Shown here in pieces: positions 1-12,535 of a DNA stretch of 64,000 bases. This stretch comes from Malacoraja senta (Eukaryota), in NCBI GenBank assembly GCA_038087875.1, contig JAXLNO010000438.1:62001-126000 (forward strand). The letters run 5' to 3'. Position numbers and translations under genes: made by a program. Below the pieces are notes generated by a model that did not search any database, was not told where the DNA came from, and saw only the letters and a list, made by a program, of their open reading frames with translations. The first letter of the stretch is position 1. The number at the start of each line of letters is the position of its first letter.

Positions 1-2794
1 TTGTAAACCATGATCTGCAATTCCTTGTATCTACATTGAAGTCGATTAACTTTTCACATCAGGGTGAATTTAAAAGCTTAAGATGTTTGTATTACACGTG
101 TTAGGTATTGTCCTATTCTGGGTTGTAAAACAATTGGAGGACAAGCAGAGAGCAAAATTCAGTGGCACAAGTACAGAACTTAGTGAGCCATGCTGGATCT
201 TGAGGTGAATGAACTAATTACAATGATAATATTAAGTTTTGTTATTTTCAGTAAAACACCATCAACCTTTTGAAGATGGACAAATGAATAACTTTGTTGA
301 TGTCAGACTTCACACAATGTGTCAGAAAATGTGAAAAATACTTAATACATATTGAGCTATGGATTAGAAGGAAACTTCTTCCTAGAGTTCAACGTGAATA
401 TGCCACGTATATAATTTGCTTAGATTCTATTAGTGAAAACTTTAGAAAACTGTTTGTGAATGATGTATTTGTAAACCTCTTTTGGTCTTCAGTGCTCTTG
501 CATCAAATAGTTCTAGGAAAGACAATCTACGAAGGAAAATGTATAAAGTAACGGGATTCATCATTTCTCACATGAAAAAGATTGTCATAATGACATGTTA
601 AATACTCCCATATTTTTGAAAGTACCTACATTCATATGTTTATTCATTCACGGGTGGATGGCCATTTCAGTTAACCACAACTTTTACAGTCCTGGTCTCC
701 TGCATGAAATGCTTTTCAGCCCCAACTTATATTAATGCAGTTCTATACTTTTGATAGTTGTACAAATAAAGAATAATGCTGGACTGAGGAGATCGAGTCA
801 AACACACGGATAGATATTGGCTCAGTCTGCTTTAATCTTGATGCAATTCCATATTCCATGGGAAAAGGAATAGTATTCAAAAAAAGCAGCCAAGTGCTGG
901 ATGAACTCAGCTGGTCAGACAGCATCCATGGAGGGAATGAACAGGTGACATTTCGCGTCGGGACCCTTCTTTGCCTTTAGACTTTAGAGAAGTAGTGAGG
1001 AAACATGTCATTTGGCCACCCCCACCGAGTCCACGTCTACCAGCGATCACTCCATACATTAACACTATCCTGTGGATGCTGTCTGTGTGGGGTGTGTACG
1101 TTCTCCCTTTGACCGTGTGGGTTTTCTCCGGTTGCTACAGTTTCCTCACATTCCAAAGATGTGCAGGTTAGTAAGTTAATTGGCTTATGTAAATTGTCCC
1201 TGGTGTGTTGGGTAGATCGAGTGTACGGGTGATCATTGATTGCTGTGGACTTGGTGGGCCGAAAGTACAGGATTAATTTTTCCTTTTTTTCCATGTACGA
1301 AGAAGAATACTATTCTTAAAAAAGCATCAAACGAAGTGCTGGATCATGAATAGGAAAGATTAAGAGGGGCATGAGACAAACATGGGCAGGTTGGACCAGT
1401 GTAGATGGGGTATCTTGGTTGTCAAGGGCAAGTTGGACAAAGGGCCTGTTTTCGTGCTGTATGATTCTGTGACTCCAGATGTTTTCAAATGATCGTTTTA
1501 ATGCGTATAACTATTTTCTGATATCTCAGCTGTTATGGAAAACTTTCAGGGCTTTCCATTGTTTATTACCACGGTATTTAGTTTTGCTCTTTGTACTCTA
1601 CTTTAGCGTGCTTCTAATGTTGATGTATGTGCTTGCCTGACAGTAGACACTCATCAGATTGAAGTACGTCTACTGACGAATTTCTCACAAATGGAGATGT
1701 ATAAAAATTCCAGGGTGAATCATTATTCTGCTGCATATTAGTTCATTTTTAGTCGGCGTTTTGTTCACAATTTGGTGCAGTTCATCTTTTTGGTCTGATC
1801 TGATTTGGGAGAATGCTGTTAGATTCTTGAGAAGAATTGGTTTCCATAATTCAGTGCTGTTTAGTAGATATTAAATACTCTACAGTAGATCAAGTGGTGT
1901 TTGACCCTAGTTATTTTGCATTGCTAAGCCCTTTGGGAGGCTTCTCATTTTGTAAATGTTATTTAGTGCTATGAGTGGTCCTTTTTGTGATCAATTTGTT
2001 AAAGTAGTTACAAAACACACATTTTATTGATGACAAATATGATGTCGTGGAATATATTTTTAAAATTGATCTCAACTGCATCGATGAGTTTTGAGGTGTT
2101 ATGGTTTTAATTTCAATATCGAGCATGCATTTCTAAAACTATTGTACTTTACGTAGGACTATTGCTTTGCATGAAGTTGCTGGAATTGACTGATTGGTCT
2201 GTTTCTGTTTCCAGGATATGTAAATAGATAGTGCCATGACGGTGTGATTGTTTAAACGTAGAAACAAATAAATGCAGATGCTGGTAAGGACATAAATTGC
2301 TGGAGTAACTCAGCAGGTCACGCAACATTTCTGGAGAACATGGATAGGTGACGTTTCAGGTCTCGAACCGAAACATCGCCTATCCATGTTGTCCAGTAAT
2401 GCTGGCTGTCCTGCTGAGTTACTCCGGCACTTTGTGTCCTTTTGTGTGGTTTAACTGGGAAGCGAAAGGACTTTTTAAAAGTAATGCCCAAATGTATTTT
2501 AAAGATGTCAAGTTTGACACGGTGCCTTTTTCTAAAACAAATGTTCAAAGTTAAAGGTCACCATTGCCATTTTTGTACAAATTTCAACTGTGAGCAAATG
2601 CATTACAAAATTCTATTACTTAGTAATACTCTTTCTGCATCAGCTACACTTGTCAAATAAAGACTATAGCCATAATACCACTAATATCTTTACCTCTCAT
2701 AATGTTGTATCCCAACAGCAACATTGTCATGATGGGAATTTGTTTATGGGTTGGAGGGATATGGTGGTGTGCACAACTCTGGACACCCTTGCCA

Positions 2795-4635
2795 CAGTGC
2801 CCTCCATAATGCTTGGGACAAAGACCCATCATTTATTTATTTGCTTCTGTACTCCATAATTTGAGATTTGTAATAGAAAAAATCATGTGGTTAAAGTGCA
2901 CATTGTCAGATCAGGAGGGGGGGAGACCGCAAGTGCTGCGGAACCGCCACTGGACCGTCCCCGGTCCTTCCCCCCCCCGAGATGTCTGGACCGACGGGAC
3001 ACTGGCCCCCAGGCCCAGCGCGGAGAATCGCCAACCCAGCTCACCTCCGCCTCTCCCGCCGGGCCAACCGAAACCCTGGACTGACAACACCAGCGGCCAT
3101 ACACCCACAGCCAGTGCCAACTCCAGCCCAACCCTGCTCCAACTCCAGAGGAACCCGTTCCCCGATGGGCCGCTACGGCGACAAGTGCCAGTTCACCCAC
3201 GGCCTCAGCCGCTGCCCCAAGTACAAGCCGTACCTTGCACACCACCAGCTTCTTCCCCTACGGTACCTGCTGCCACTTCATCCACAACCCGAGGAGGAGC
3301 GAGGGCCCCGGCCTCGCCTGTGCCAAAGCGCCAGCCTGGGCTCGGCCTCCTTCGGCCCAGAGCTAGACTGGGCTGAGTTGCGGGCTGCCTTCAGCCCCGA
3401 CCTGGAGTTAGAGCTGGCCTGGACTCTGGGCTTGGGGCTGGGTAAGGGAGGGGGAGGAGGTTGCTGCTGCCGCCAGCACCACCATCACCAACAGTACCCG
3501 CAGCTCCAGCGGGCACCGGCCTGCGCATGGCCGGCAGGAGCCCATCTGCAGACTCTCTTCACGCAGCGGTGACTTTAACTTTGCGGGCCCAGAGCTTCAG
3601 TAGCGGCGCAGCGGGAACTTTAACATCGCGGACCCCCTGGCCTAGGCGTCGTTGGAGAAGTGCTCTCGACCGCTGGCCTGCGGCCTACAACAACTTGGAG
3701 CCGCGGTCTCTGGAGCAAAAATAGGATGGCCGGGTTACAGTTTGCCATGAAGTACTTAAAAGAGCCACCACAGTTCTGGAAAAAGGTCTTGTGGACAGAT
3801 GAGACGAAGATTAACTTATATTAGAGTGATTGCAAGAGCAAAGAATGGAGGAGAGAAGGAACTGCCCATGATCCAAAGCACACCACCTCATCTGTAAAAT
3901 ACGGTGGTGGGGGTGTTATGGCTTGGGCATGTATGGCTGCTGAAGGTACGGGCTCACTTATCTTCATTGATGATACAACAGCTGATGGTAGTAGCATAAT
4001 GAATTCTGAAGTGTATAGATACATCCTATCTGCTTAAGTTCAAACAAATGCCCCTAAACTCATTGGCCCGCAGTTCAATCTACAGCAGGACAATGGTCCC
4101 AAACATACTGCTAAAGTAACAACGTTTTTCAAAGCTAAAAAATGGTAAATTCTTGAGTGGCCAAGTAATCACCTGATCTGAACCCAATTGAGCATGCCTT
4201 TTATATGCTGAAGAGAAAACTGAAGGGGACTAGCCCCCAAAACAAGCATAAGCTAAAGATGGCTGCAATACAGGCCTGGCAGAGCATCACCAGAGAAGAC
4301 ACCCAGCAACTGGTGATGTCCATGAATTGCAGACTTCAAGCAATCATTGCATGCAAAGGATATGCAACAAAATACTAAACATGACTACTTTCATTTACAT
4401 GACATTGCTGTGTCCCAAACATTATGGTGCCCTGAAATGGGGGGACTATGTATAAACACTGCTGTTATTTCTACATGGTGAAACCAAAATGTATAAAAAT
4501 GGCCTTTATTAAAATCTGACAATGTGCACTTTAACCATGTGTGATTTTTTTTTCTATTACAAATCTCAAATTGTGGAGTACAGAGGCAAATAAATAAATG
4601 ATGGGTTTTTGTCCCAAACATTATGGAGGACAGTG
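2795..4635 (+). mobile_element. Tc1/mariner DNA transposon (IR/DR type), non-autonomous, carrying an internal host-gene fragment
   Basis: Left TIR CAGTGCCCTCCATAATGCTTGGGACA... (2795-2911) is the reverse complement of the right end ...TGTCCCAAACATTATGGAGGACAGTG (to 4635). Decayed transposase at ~3717-4378 has WTDETK, QQDNGPKH and PDLNPIEH motifs (Tc1-type DDE triad) with stops and frameshifts. Confidence 0.93.
2912..3560 (+). pseudogene. Decayed ZFP36/TTP-family (ZFP36L1/L2-like) tandem CCCH zinc-finger gene fragment inside the Tc1 element
   Basis: GC-rich block. RYGDKCQFTHG..LSRCPKYK from 3171, then after a frameshift RTLHTTSFFPYGTCCHFIHNP, followed by RPRLCQSAS and RSPSADSL. These resemble the family motifs YGDKCQFAHG, RHPKYKTELC, RTFHTIGFCPYGxRCHFIH and RPRLQHSFS. 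Confidence 0.88.
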
Positions 4636-6504
4636 GTGTGTACTAGAGATCCTTGAGGAATGTTTAATTCTGAATCGGCTGGCAATGATGAATCACACTG
4701 TCTACCATAAACATGACTAAATTGTCACTAATGTGAACCAGAAAAAATTATATCGCACTCAGTAGAAGTTTGCAACAAAAGACAAAGTTAATTCAAATGT
4801 TTTAATGCTCAAGAAGAATTTAAATTGAATTCCAGTTCTGGCTGCTACTAAATATGCAACACATCTGCTTACCAGAAGTATAATTTAATTTTAAAGAAAA
4901 GATATCAGGTTATGCTAGATCTCCACCATTGGCACCTAATCACCCAGCGGAGTGAAAAGCAGATCAAGGAGAATTTGTAGTTTGCTAGCTCGTGCACAGC
5001 AGGGCACAATGTCATTAAATGGGGTGTTTAGGAAGTTCAATGAACTTTGGCTGCCTACTGTTAAAATTGGTTTCTTTGTTCTCTTTGCCAGAGGGAGTGA
5101 CTTAAAAAAAAAAATAATAACCTCATAAACACAAAGATGGCTGTGTAGGAAGGAACTGCTGATGCTGGTTTATACCAAAGATAGCCACAAAGTGCCACAG
5201 TAACTCAGCGGGTCAGGCAGCATCCCTGGAGAAAAAAGATAGGTGACGTTTCAGCTCAGAACCCTTCTTCAGGCTGAGAGTAGAGGGGCTGATTTTTGGT
5301 TGCTTGATATAAATTAATTGCTACCAAAAGCCAGTTGTTTTCTGTGATTATTAGGAACAGATTGTAGGAAATGTAATTTTGGAAAAAACTGCATTAAATC
5401 AGCCACCGTTGTGCCTCCACTCTCTTGTTGCCTCCCACAATAACATTAAAGGAAACTGGTTTCTATCAAGGCAGATCAGTGTCACGTCCAAAATAGTAGA
5501 CCTTCTGTATTGCTAAAACATCTTGCAGCAATGTTTTCACAAGTCATTCTTCTGATACCATGATCAAATAGTTATTCTTTATGTATGAGGTCTGAATTGC
5601 TCAACTCCCATCTCCCCACTTTTTCTTCACTCCATTGTTTACAGATTATTTCCTCTGCTATCACTTATACTGTCCCTTGATGTATGTTTGTGCTATGCAT
5701 TATACCTTTGTCTAGCTTTTCTCTTGACGCAGCCTTGCCAAACCAGAAAAGTAATACATAAAATACTGGTGATAGACAGTATATGCAACATTTATGGAGG
5801 GGGAAAGCAGTTGACATTATAATAAGTGTTTAACACCACCCTGGCCAAAACTCTCATTTTACTCCTGCCATCATGAAGGTCTGACCACCTTTTTCCCCAA
5901 CAGCCATCAGGCTTTTAAACACTGCAAAACACTACCTAAAATATGAACTAAGAACAGTCGCACAAAGGACTTCGGTTTTTTAATTTATTGATTTGTTTGT
6001 TTATCATATTATCGATGTGTACTGTGTTTACAGGCCTGTTATGCTGCTGTAAGTAACATGTTATTGCTCAGTTTTCGGTACCTATGACAATTTAACGCGC
6101 TCTTGATTCTGGAGTTGATCAGAGTGGTGGTCAACACAGTGCATTTTACTGAAAAGACACAACCTTAAAAATATTTAATTAAAAAAATATTCTCTTAACA
6201 TGGCGAACCTTTTATCTATCATTTGATTGCTGAAGATTGCCAAGCTTAATTATTAAGGTCACATTATTTTGATTTATCCATTGTCCCATAACCAAAATAT
6301 ATTCATTTGACATGCGATGCCTCTGAAGAATAAAGCCTGACTTTTCAGATGTGGACGCAAGTCCATGATATCACAGGAACAGTAAGAGGCCACTTAGCTC
6401 CTTCAGTGTTCCAACTTTAATCTAACTTCGTTGACCCTTACTATTGGCACAAATCCCTTACAGGCTTAAACAATCAGTCATGGGTTTAAAATTAACAACT
6501 AATA

Positions 6505-8500
6505 TAGAAACATAGAAACATAGAAAATAGGTGCAGGATTAGGCCATTCGGCCCTTCGAGCCTGCACCGCCATTTGATATCATGGCTGATCATCCAACTC
6601 GGTATCCCATCCCTGCCTTCTCTCCATACCCCCTGATCCCTTTAGCCACAAGGGCCACATCTAACTCCCTCTTAAATATAGCCAATGAACTGGCCTCAAC
6701 TACCTTCTGTGGCAGAGAATTCCACAGATTCACCACTCTCTGTAAAAAACGATTTCCTCATCTCGGTCCTAAAAGTCTTCCCTCTTATCCTTAAACTGTG
6801 ACCCCTAGTTCTGGACTTCCCCAACATCGGGAATAATCTTCCTGCATCTAGCCTGTCCAACCCCTTAAGAATTTTGTAAGTTTCTATAAGATCCCCCCTC
6901 AGTCTTCTGAATTCCAACGTGTACAAGCCAAGTCTATCCAGTCTTTCCTCATATGAAAGTCCTGCCATCCCAGGAATCAGTCTGGTGAACCTTCTCTGTA
7001 CTACCTCTATGGCAAGAATGTCTTTCCTCAGATTAGGAGACCAAAACTGTACGCAATACTCCAGGTGTGGTCTCACCAAGACCCTGTACAACTGCAGTAG
7101 AACCTCCCTGCTCTTATACTCAATGCTCTTATAACCATTCTTTCCAAGTAGAAGTGCTTAAATCCACATCTGAAAAGCCAAGCTTTAATCTGCTAACAAT
7201 CTCCTTTTGGTCTGACCTTTCTTTAAGTTCAGGACCCTTGTTTCTGAATTAACAATGTCACTCTCCATCCTAGTGAAGAACTCAACCATATTATGGTCAC
7301 TCTTGCCCAAGGGGCCACGCACAACAAGACTGCTAACTAACCCTTCCTTATTACTCAATACCCAGTCTAGAATAGCCTGCTCTCTCGTTGGTTCCTCTAC
7401 ATGTTGGTTTAGAAAACTATCCCGCATACATTCCAAGAAATCCTCTTCCTCAGCACTCCTGCCAATTTGATTCACCCAATCTATATGTAGATTGAAGTCG
7501 CCCATTATAACTGTTTTACCTTTGTTGCACGCATTTCTAATTTCCTGTTTGATGCCATCCCCAACTCCACTACTACTGTTAGGTGGCCTGTACACAACAC
7601 CCACTAGCGTTTTCTGCCCCTTAGTGTTTCGCAGCTCTACCCATATCGATTCCACATCCTCCAAGCTAATGTCCTTCCTTTCTATTGCGTTAACCTCCTC
7701 TCTAACCAGCAACGCTACCCCACCTCCTTTTCCTTTCTGTCTATCATTCCTGAATATTGAATATCCCTGGATGTTCAGCTCCAAGCTTTGGTCTCCCTGG
7801 AGCCATGTCTCCGTGATCCCAACTATATCATAATCATACCCCCTCCCCGGGCACTTTCCCTTGCAACCGCAAGAGATGCTACACTTGTCCCTTTACCCCC
7901 CCCCCTCGACTCCATTCAAGGACCCAATCAGTTGTTCCAGGTGCGACAGAGGTTCACCTGCACCTCCTCCAACCTAATCTATTGCATCCGCTGCTCTAGA
8001 TGTCAGCTGATCTATGTCGGTGAGACCAAGCGGAGGCTTGGCGATCGTTTCGTCGAACATCTCCGCTCGGTCCGCAATAACCAACCTGACCTCCCGGTGG
8101 CTCAGCACTTCAACTCCCCCTCCCATTCCATATCCGACCTCTCTGTCCTGGGTCTCCTCCATGGCCAGAGCGAGCAACACTGGAAATTGGAGGAACAGCA
8201 CCTCATATTCCGCTTGGGGAGTCTGCATCCTGGGGGCATGAACATTGAATTCTCCCAATTTTGTTAGCCCCTGTTGTCTCCTCCCCTTCCTATCTCTCCC
8301 GCAGCCCACGGGCTCCTCCTCCTCCTTTTTCCTTTCTTCTCCCCGCCCCCCCCCCCACCACCCCCTATCAGTCTGAAGAAGGGTTTCGGCCCGAAACGTC
8401 GCCTATTTCCTTCGCTCCATAGATGCTGCTACACCCGCTGAGTTTCTCCAGCATTTTTGTGTACCTTATATCATAATCATTAATAGCTATCTGCACATTC
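6505..8500 (-). mobile_element. CR1-clade LINE with an internal deletion (endonuclease part joined to RT C-terminus), interrupted by a PLE at 7838-8466
   Basis: (ATAGAAAC)n tail at ~6505. ORF 6696-7091 LVRPHLEYCVQFWSP...RRLRGDLIETYKI. ORF 7185-7784 is an apurinic-type endonuclease (GGGVALLV, GVVYRPP, MGDFN, SDHNMV). Confidence 0.92.
7838..8466 (+). mobile_element. Penelope-like element 3' fragment (GIY-YIG endonuclease plus terminal repeat)
   Basis: ORF segment FTCTSSNLIYCIRCSRCQLIYVGETKRRLGDRFVEH...VAQHF...LEEQHLIFRLGSLHPGGMN is a PLE GIY-YIG domain. Flanked by a 14-bp direct repeat TATATCATAATCAT (7824-7837 / 8467-8480). Confidence 0.93.
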
Positions 8501-9443
8501 AGATAGCTATTAACATGCTAGTTACTTTGTCAAAGAAGTCATCAATTGGTTGAACACGATTTCTCATCCATAACATTATACTCGGCTGTATAAGTATTCT
8601 GTTACCATTGCCTTCATTTTCCTAACAAACTGTCCTGAAGTCATTTTCACCCACAATATTTTCAGTATTTTGCTGTCTTCCTCTCAGCTGGGACTTTTCG
8701 GAAATGCAAAGTCCAATAACTATATATTTAAGCAATATTATTCTATTAAATGTGATCTTGAGAGTACATAATATTTTCTGTGGTAATCATTACACAATAA
8801 TTATAAAAAGATCTTTGTTTTGATTGCACCTACCAACATGCATACATTATTATATTACAGTTAATATGTACCGAGCATTGTTCCAATGCTCCCCATTCCC
8901 AATTACTTTTACATTGAAGTTCCCCGCTCACATCTGGCAGTGATCTCTGTCTGAACCAGGGGCCACAGAGCGTTTTTGAAAGTGGGGAGGCTGAGCAATC
9001 ACTGATCACTGGCCTTGGGGATACCCGGGGAGGGTGTGGGGAGGGGGGTGTCCCCCCTCCCACAGTAGTGACTTTTTGAAATTTGATGTATTTAAATCAT
9101 GTTTTAGTGCATTGTAGAAATATGATTTCAATGTTTTGTTTGAAGTATTTTTAAGAGATAACTTTTTAAGGGATAACTTTTTCCACACAAAGGGTGGTGG
9201 GTGTATGAAACAAGCTGCCAGAGGAGGTAGTTGAGGCAGGGACTATCCCAACATTTACGAAACAGTTAGACTGATACATGGACAGGTTTGGAGGGATATG
9301 GACCAAAAGCAAGTAGTGTAGCTGGGACATGTTGGCGGGTGTGGGCAAGTTGCGCCGAAGGGCCTGTTTTCACACTGTGACTACATTATACCTCCACCAT
9401 GCTTCAAAATCAAGTGGTCAAGTTTTATTGCCATATACTCAAG

Positions 9444-9780
9444 CATAGAAACATAGAAAATAGGTGCAGGAATAGGCCATTCAGCCCTTCGAGCCAGCAC
9501 TGCCATTCAATATGATCATGGCTGTTCATCTAAAATCAGTACCTCTTTCCTGTTTTTTCCCCTTGATTTCGCTAGCCGCAAGAGCTAAATGTAACTCTCT
9601 GTTGAAAACATCCAGTGAATTGGCCTCCACTGCCTTCTGTGGCAGAGAATTCCACATTCACAACTTTCTGCATGAAGAAAGTTTGTCCTCATCTCAGTCC
9701 TAACTGGCCTACCCTTTATTTTTAAACTGTGACACCTGGTTCTGAACTCCCACAACATCGGGAACATTTTTCCTGCAGTT
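9444..9780 (-). mobile_element. CR1 LINE 3' fragment
   Basis: ATAGAAAC tail and similarity to the CR1 3' end at 6505-6850. Confidence 0.8.
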
Positions 9781-10159
9781 ACATTAAGTGAAAATCTAGC
9801 AGGCAAGCAGGATGCTTTCTCCAACCACTCCCATTTGAAGGCCACTATCTTCCACCGCTTCTACCCAGTGCTTGGTACTTCTGGTTGTCCTCCAGGATGC
9901 ACCAAGCCGCAGCCTGATCCATGCCGGTCACCTGGGCGAATTCGGCACAGAGACTCTCACGGCACCTCCGAATGCCCTGAGGCTTGCACTGAGGTTGCTC
10001 CATGGCCGGAGCCGCAGCGAGCGACTCGCCAGCCCGGCAAACACTCGCCAGCCCGGCAAACACTTGCCAGCTCCAGCTTCCCGTCCGCATCTGTCCCCAC
10101 TGCTGCTTCTGCTTCCATCCCTCCCTCAGCCGCAGGTCTCCAACACCCGCGGCTCATGC

Positions 10160-10282
10160 AGTTTTGAAATTTTCGTTTATCACAGAATTTCTCACGACCG
10201 AGCGTGATAAATTTATGATCAGCGTGAGAATTTGGCTAAATGCGTGATTCTCACGCTCAATGCGTGAGAGTTGACAGCCCTG
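10160..10282. mobile_element. End of a hAT-like non-autonomous DNA element
   Basis: Terminus ...GAGTTGACAGCCCTG with repeated subterminal GCGTGA motifs. The partner end was not identified. Confidence 0.45.
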
Positions 10283-11156
10283 CATCTGGTGCATTTTGCG
10301 TTGTGCTGCAAAGTGTGGAACAGGCTTCTGCATTATCATGCAACTACTGCTGGTGTTGTCCTTCATGACTGAACCCTGTGGGTCCATTGTTTCCTCTTTG
10401 AAGCATTTTGCAGTTACTATAAAGGCTGGTTTCTCGATGCAGTTTGCCTCTCCATGTTATGAACTGTCCTCTGATATTGCGAAAAGCCTGAGTCAGGGAG
10501 GAAATCCAGGAATGATCAGTCAAAGAGCCAGTTGCCGAATATCGGTGATTAGAAACTAAGTGAAATTCGCTGCACATGCTGTGAAAAGAACCCGTTGTTC
10601 TTGAGGTTGAAGGCATTCACGATCAAAAGTTTTTGCTGACTGACTGGTTTGTGCTTGGTTGTGCTTGGTTAGCATCAAATATTATGAAGAAAGGGATAAT
10701 ATGCATGGTTAATGTGCTTTGGCTATTTGTTAAGGAATATCGACTCCTTTTACCTTCAAATATAATTCTAGTGAATCATTGGGGAAGTCATACGATGGCA
10801 TTAAAGCAGTAACATGCTGTCTGTCAGTAACCTTTGTGATATTTTGCAAAAGATGCCTCGAGCTGTGCATCCATCCATCTTGCTTTCTGTAAAACTGGCT
10901 GTAAATTGTGAAAAATAGAGTTTCCTGCTTTTAATCTTTGATTTCTCATTTTTTACTCTTTCTGCCTCTCAAGTTATAAATATTTGAAAATCGGTGTGAT
11001 CTGCAGCCCCACTGTTCGGACAATGCAAAATACTTACCCTGGGCATTGAGAGTCTGGCAGTCAGACGTACAGGCAGCATGCTGTTTCACCAGATGCTGAA
11101 GCATTATGATTATCTTCCACCCCAAGTAGTGCATTGACATTTGCAGCAAAGATTCT

Positions 11157-11660
11157 TTAGTTTAGTTTAGAGATACAGCTTAAAAACAGGCCCTTAAGCC
11201 CAGCAAGTCTGTGCTGACCATGTTCCCCATACACTAGGTCTATCCTACACTCTAGGGACAATTTGCAGAAGCCAGTTAACCTACAAACCTGCATGTTTTT
11301 TAGTTTAGTTTAGCGTTATAGCACGGAAACAGCCTCTTCGGCCCAACGAGTCCACACACGCACAGACACACACAGACACAGACACCCCCCCCAATTAACA
11401 CCTCCATACCTGTACTCTGTACAAACAGCACCGTAGTCGGGATCAAACCCGGGTCTCTGGCGCTGCACGCGCTGTGAGGCAGCAACTTTATTGCTGCACC
11501 ACTGTGCTGCCACATGTCTTTGGGATGTGGGAGGATACTGGAGCACCTGGAGAAAATGCATATGGTCACAGGGAGAATGTAGAAACTCGGTGTAGAGGCA
11601 GCACCCAAGGTCAGGATCGAACCCAGGCTACTGGGCTCTAAGGCTGCACCACTGTGCAGC
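11157..11660 (-). mobile_element. Two nested tRNA-derived SINEs (HE1-like)
   Basis: (TTTAG)n tails at ~11157 and ~11299. tRNA-like heads on the minus strand end near 11512 and 11660. Confidence 0.75.
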
Positions 11661-12535
11661 CTACAATGTCGAGTGCATATGTTCATATCTTCCTGGGCCC
11701 AGCCTACTGCCCACACACACTCACTGAGACCAGACGTAGGGGCTGATCATGTTGGCTTCTGTGTCCTGCAGTCGAGTGAGATGTTCGGTTCGGCTAGTGA
11801 AGTGCTTGAGTGCCTGTCCTCAAAATACATTGACAACAGTTGACAGAAACACGTCATGGATTTTAGCACCATTTACATCTCTAAAATTGAGAAACATAAA
11901 CATTCTTGCACTAAACATAGAAACATAGAAACATAGAAAGTAGGTGCGAGAGTAGACCACCAGGCCCATCGAGCCCGCACCGCCATTCGCTCATGGCTGA
12001 ACACTAAACAGACACCCTTACCCACAAACAGTAGACACAAGACACAGAACACAAGACACTACCCTCCCCTTTATATCGCTATCACCCCTGTCCACCCCAA
12101 GAACCGCGTGATCTCCTGGGGGAGGCAAAAAAATTAATTGCATTTTTAAGATTTGTTGTAAATTACTCTCGGTTTAATGAACACAAATTGCTGAAATGAA
12201 AACCCCCCCCCCACCATATTATGTGAGCTGAGATTTTCCTTTTAAATTATTTGAGATCTCTGATGGTAGCCAGGTCTGATTGGAGAAATAATTTTCCCCA
12301 GCAAAAAAAGAACTCCCAGCAAAATTGCATTTCCTTACTGGAAAATATTTGAAGTCCATCAATGGAGACCAGTGACAGATGTGGCAGCATCTGTTGCTGC
12401 CTAATAAATACTGCTCCTCTTGCAGCAGTTTTGCATTAGCCCAGCACTTGTGTTTTCATGGGAGTCTGTTGATAACTGCCAGCCACAGCTGGGGAAAAAA
12501 ATCAAATTATGGTGTAAGCAAGGAAGTTGTTAGTG

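Noticed and set aside
971..1000. ORF starting MPLDFRE, resembling the ERGIC1 N-terminus (MPFDFRR), as exon 1
   Set aside because: The start codon is TTG, the sequence is a SINE tail (CTTTAGACTTTAGAGA) joined to a PLE-derived piece, and no GT donor follows at the required phase.
2813..3572. ORFs of 187 and 196 aa as a functional ZFP36-family gene
   Set aside because: Zinc-ligand cysteines are deleted or mutated, the domain is split by a frameshift, and the sequence sits inside a transposon.
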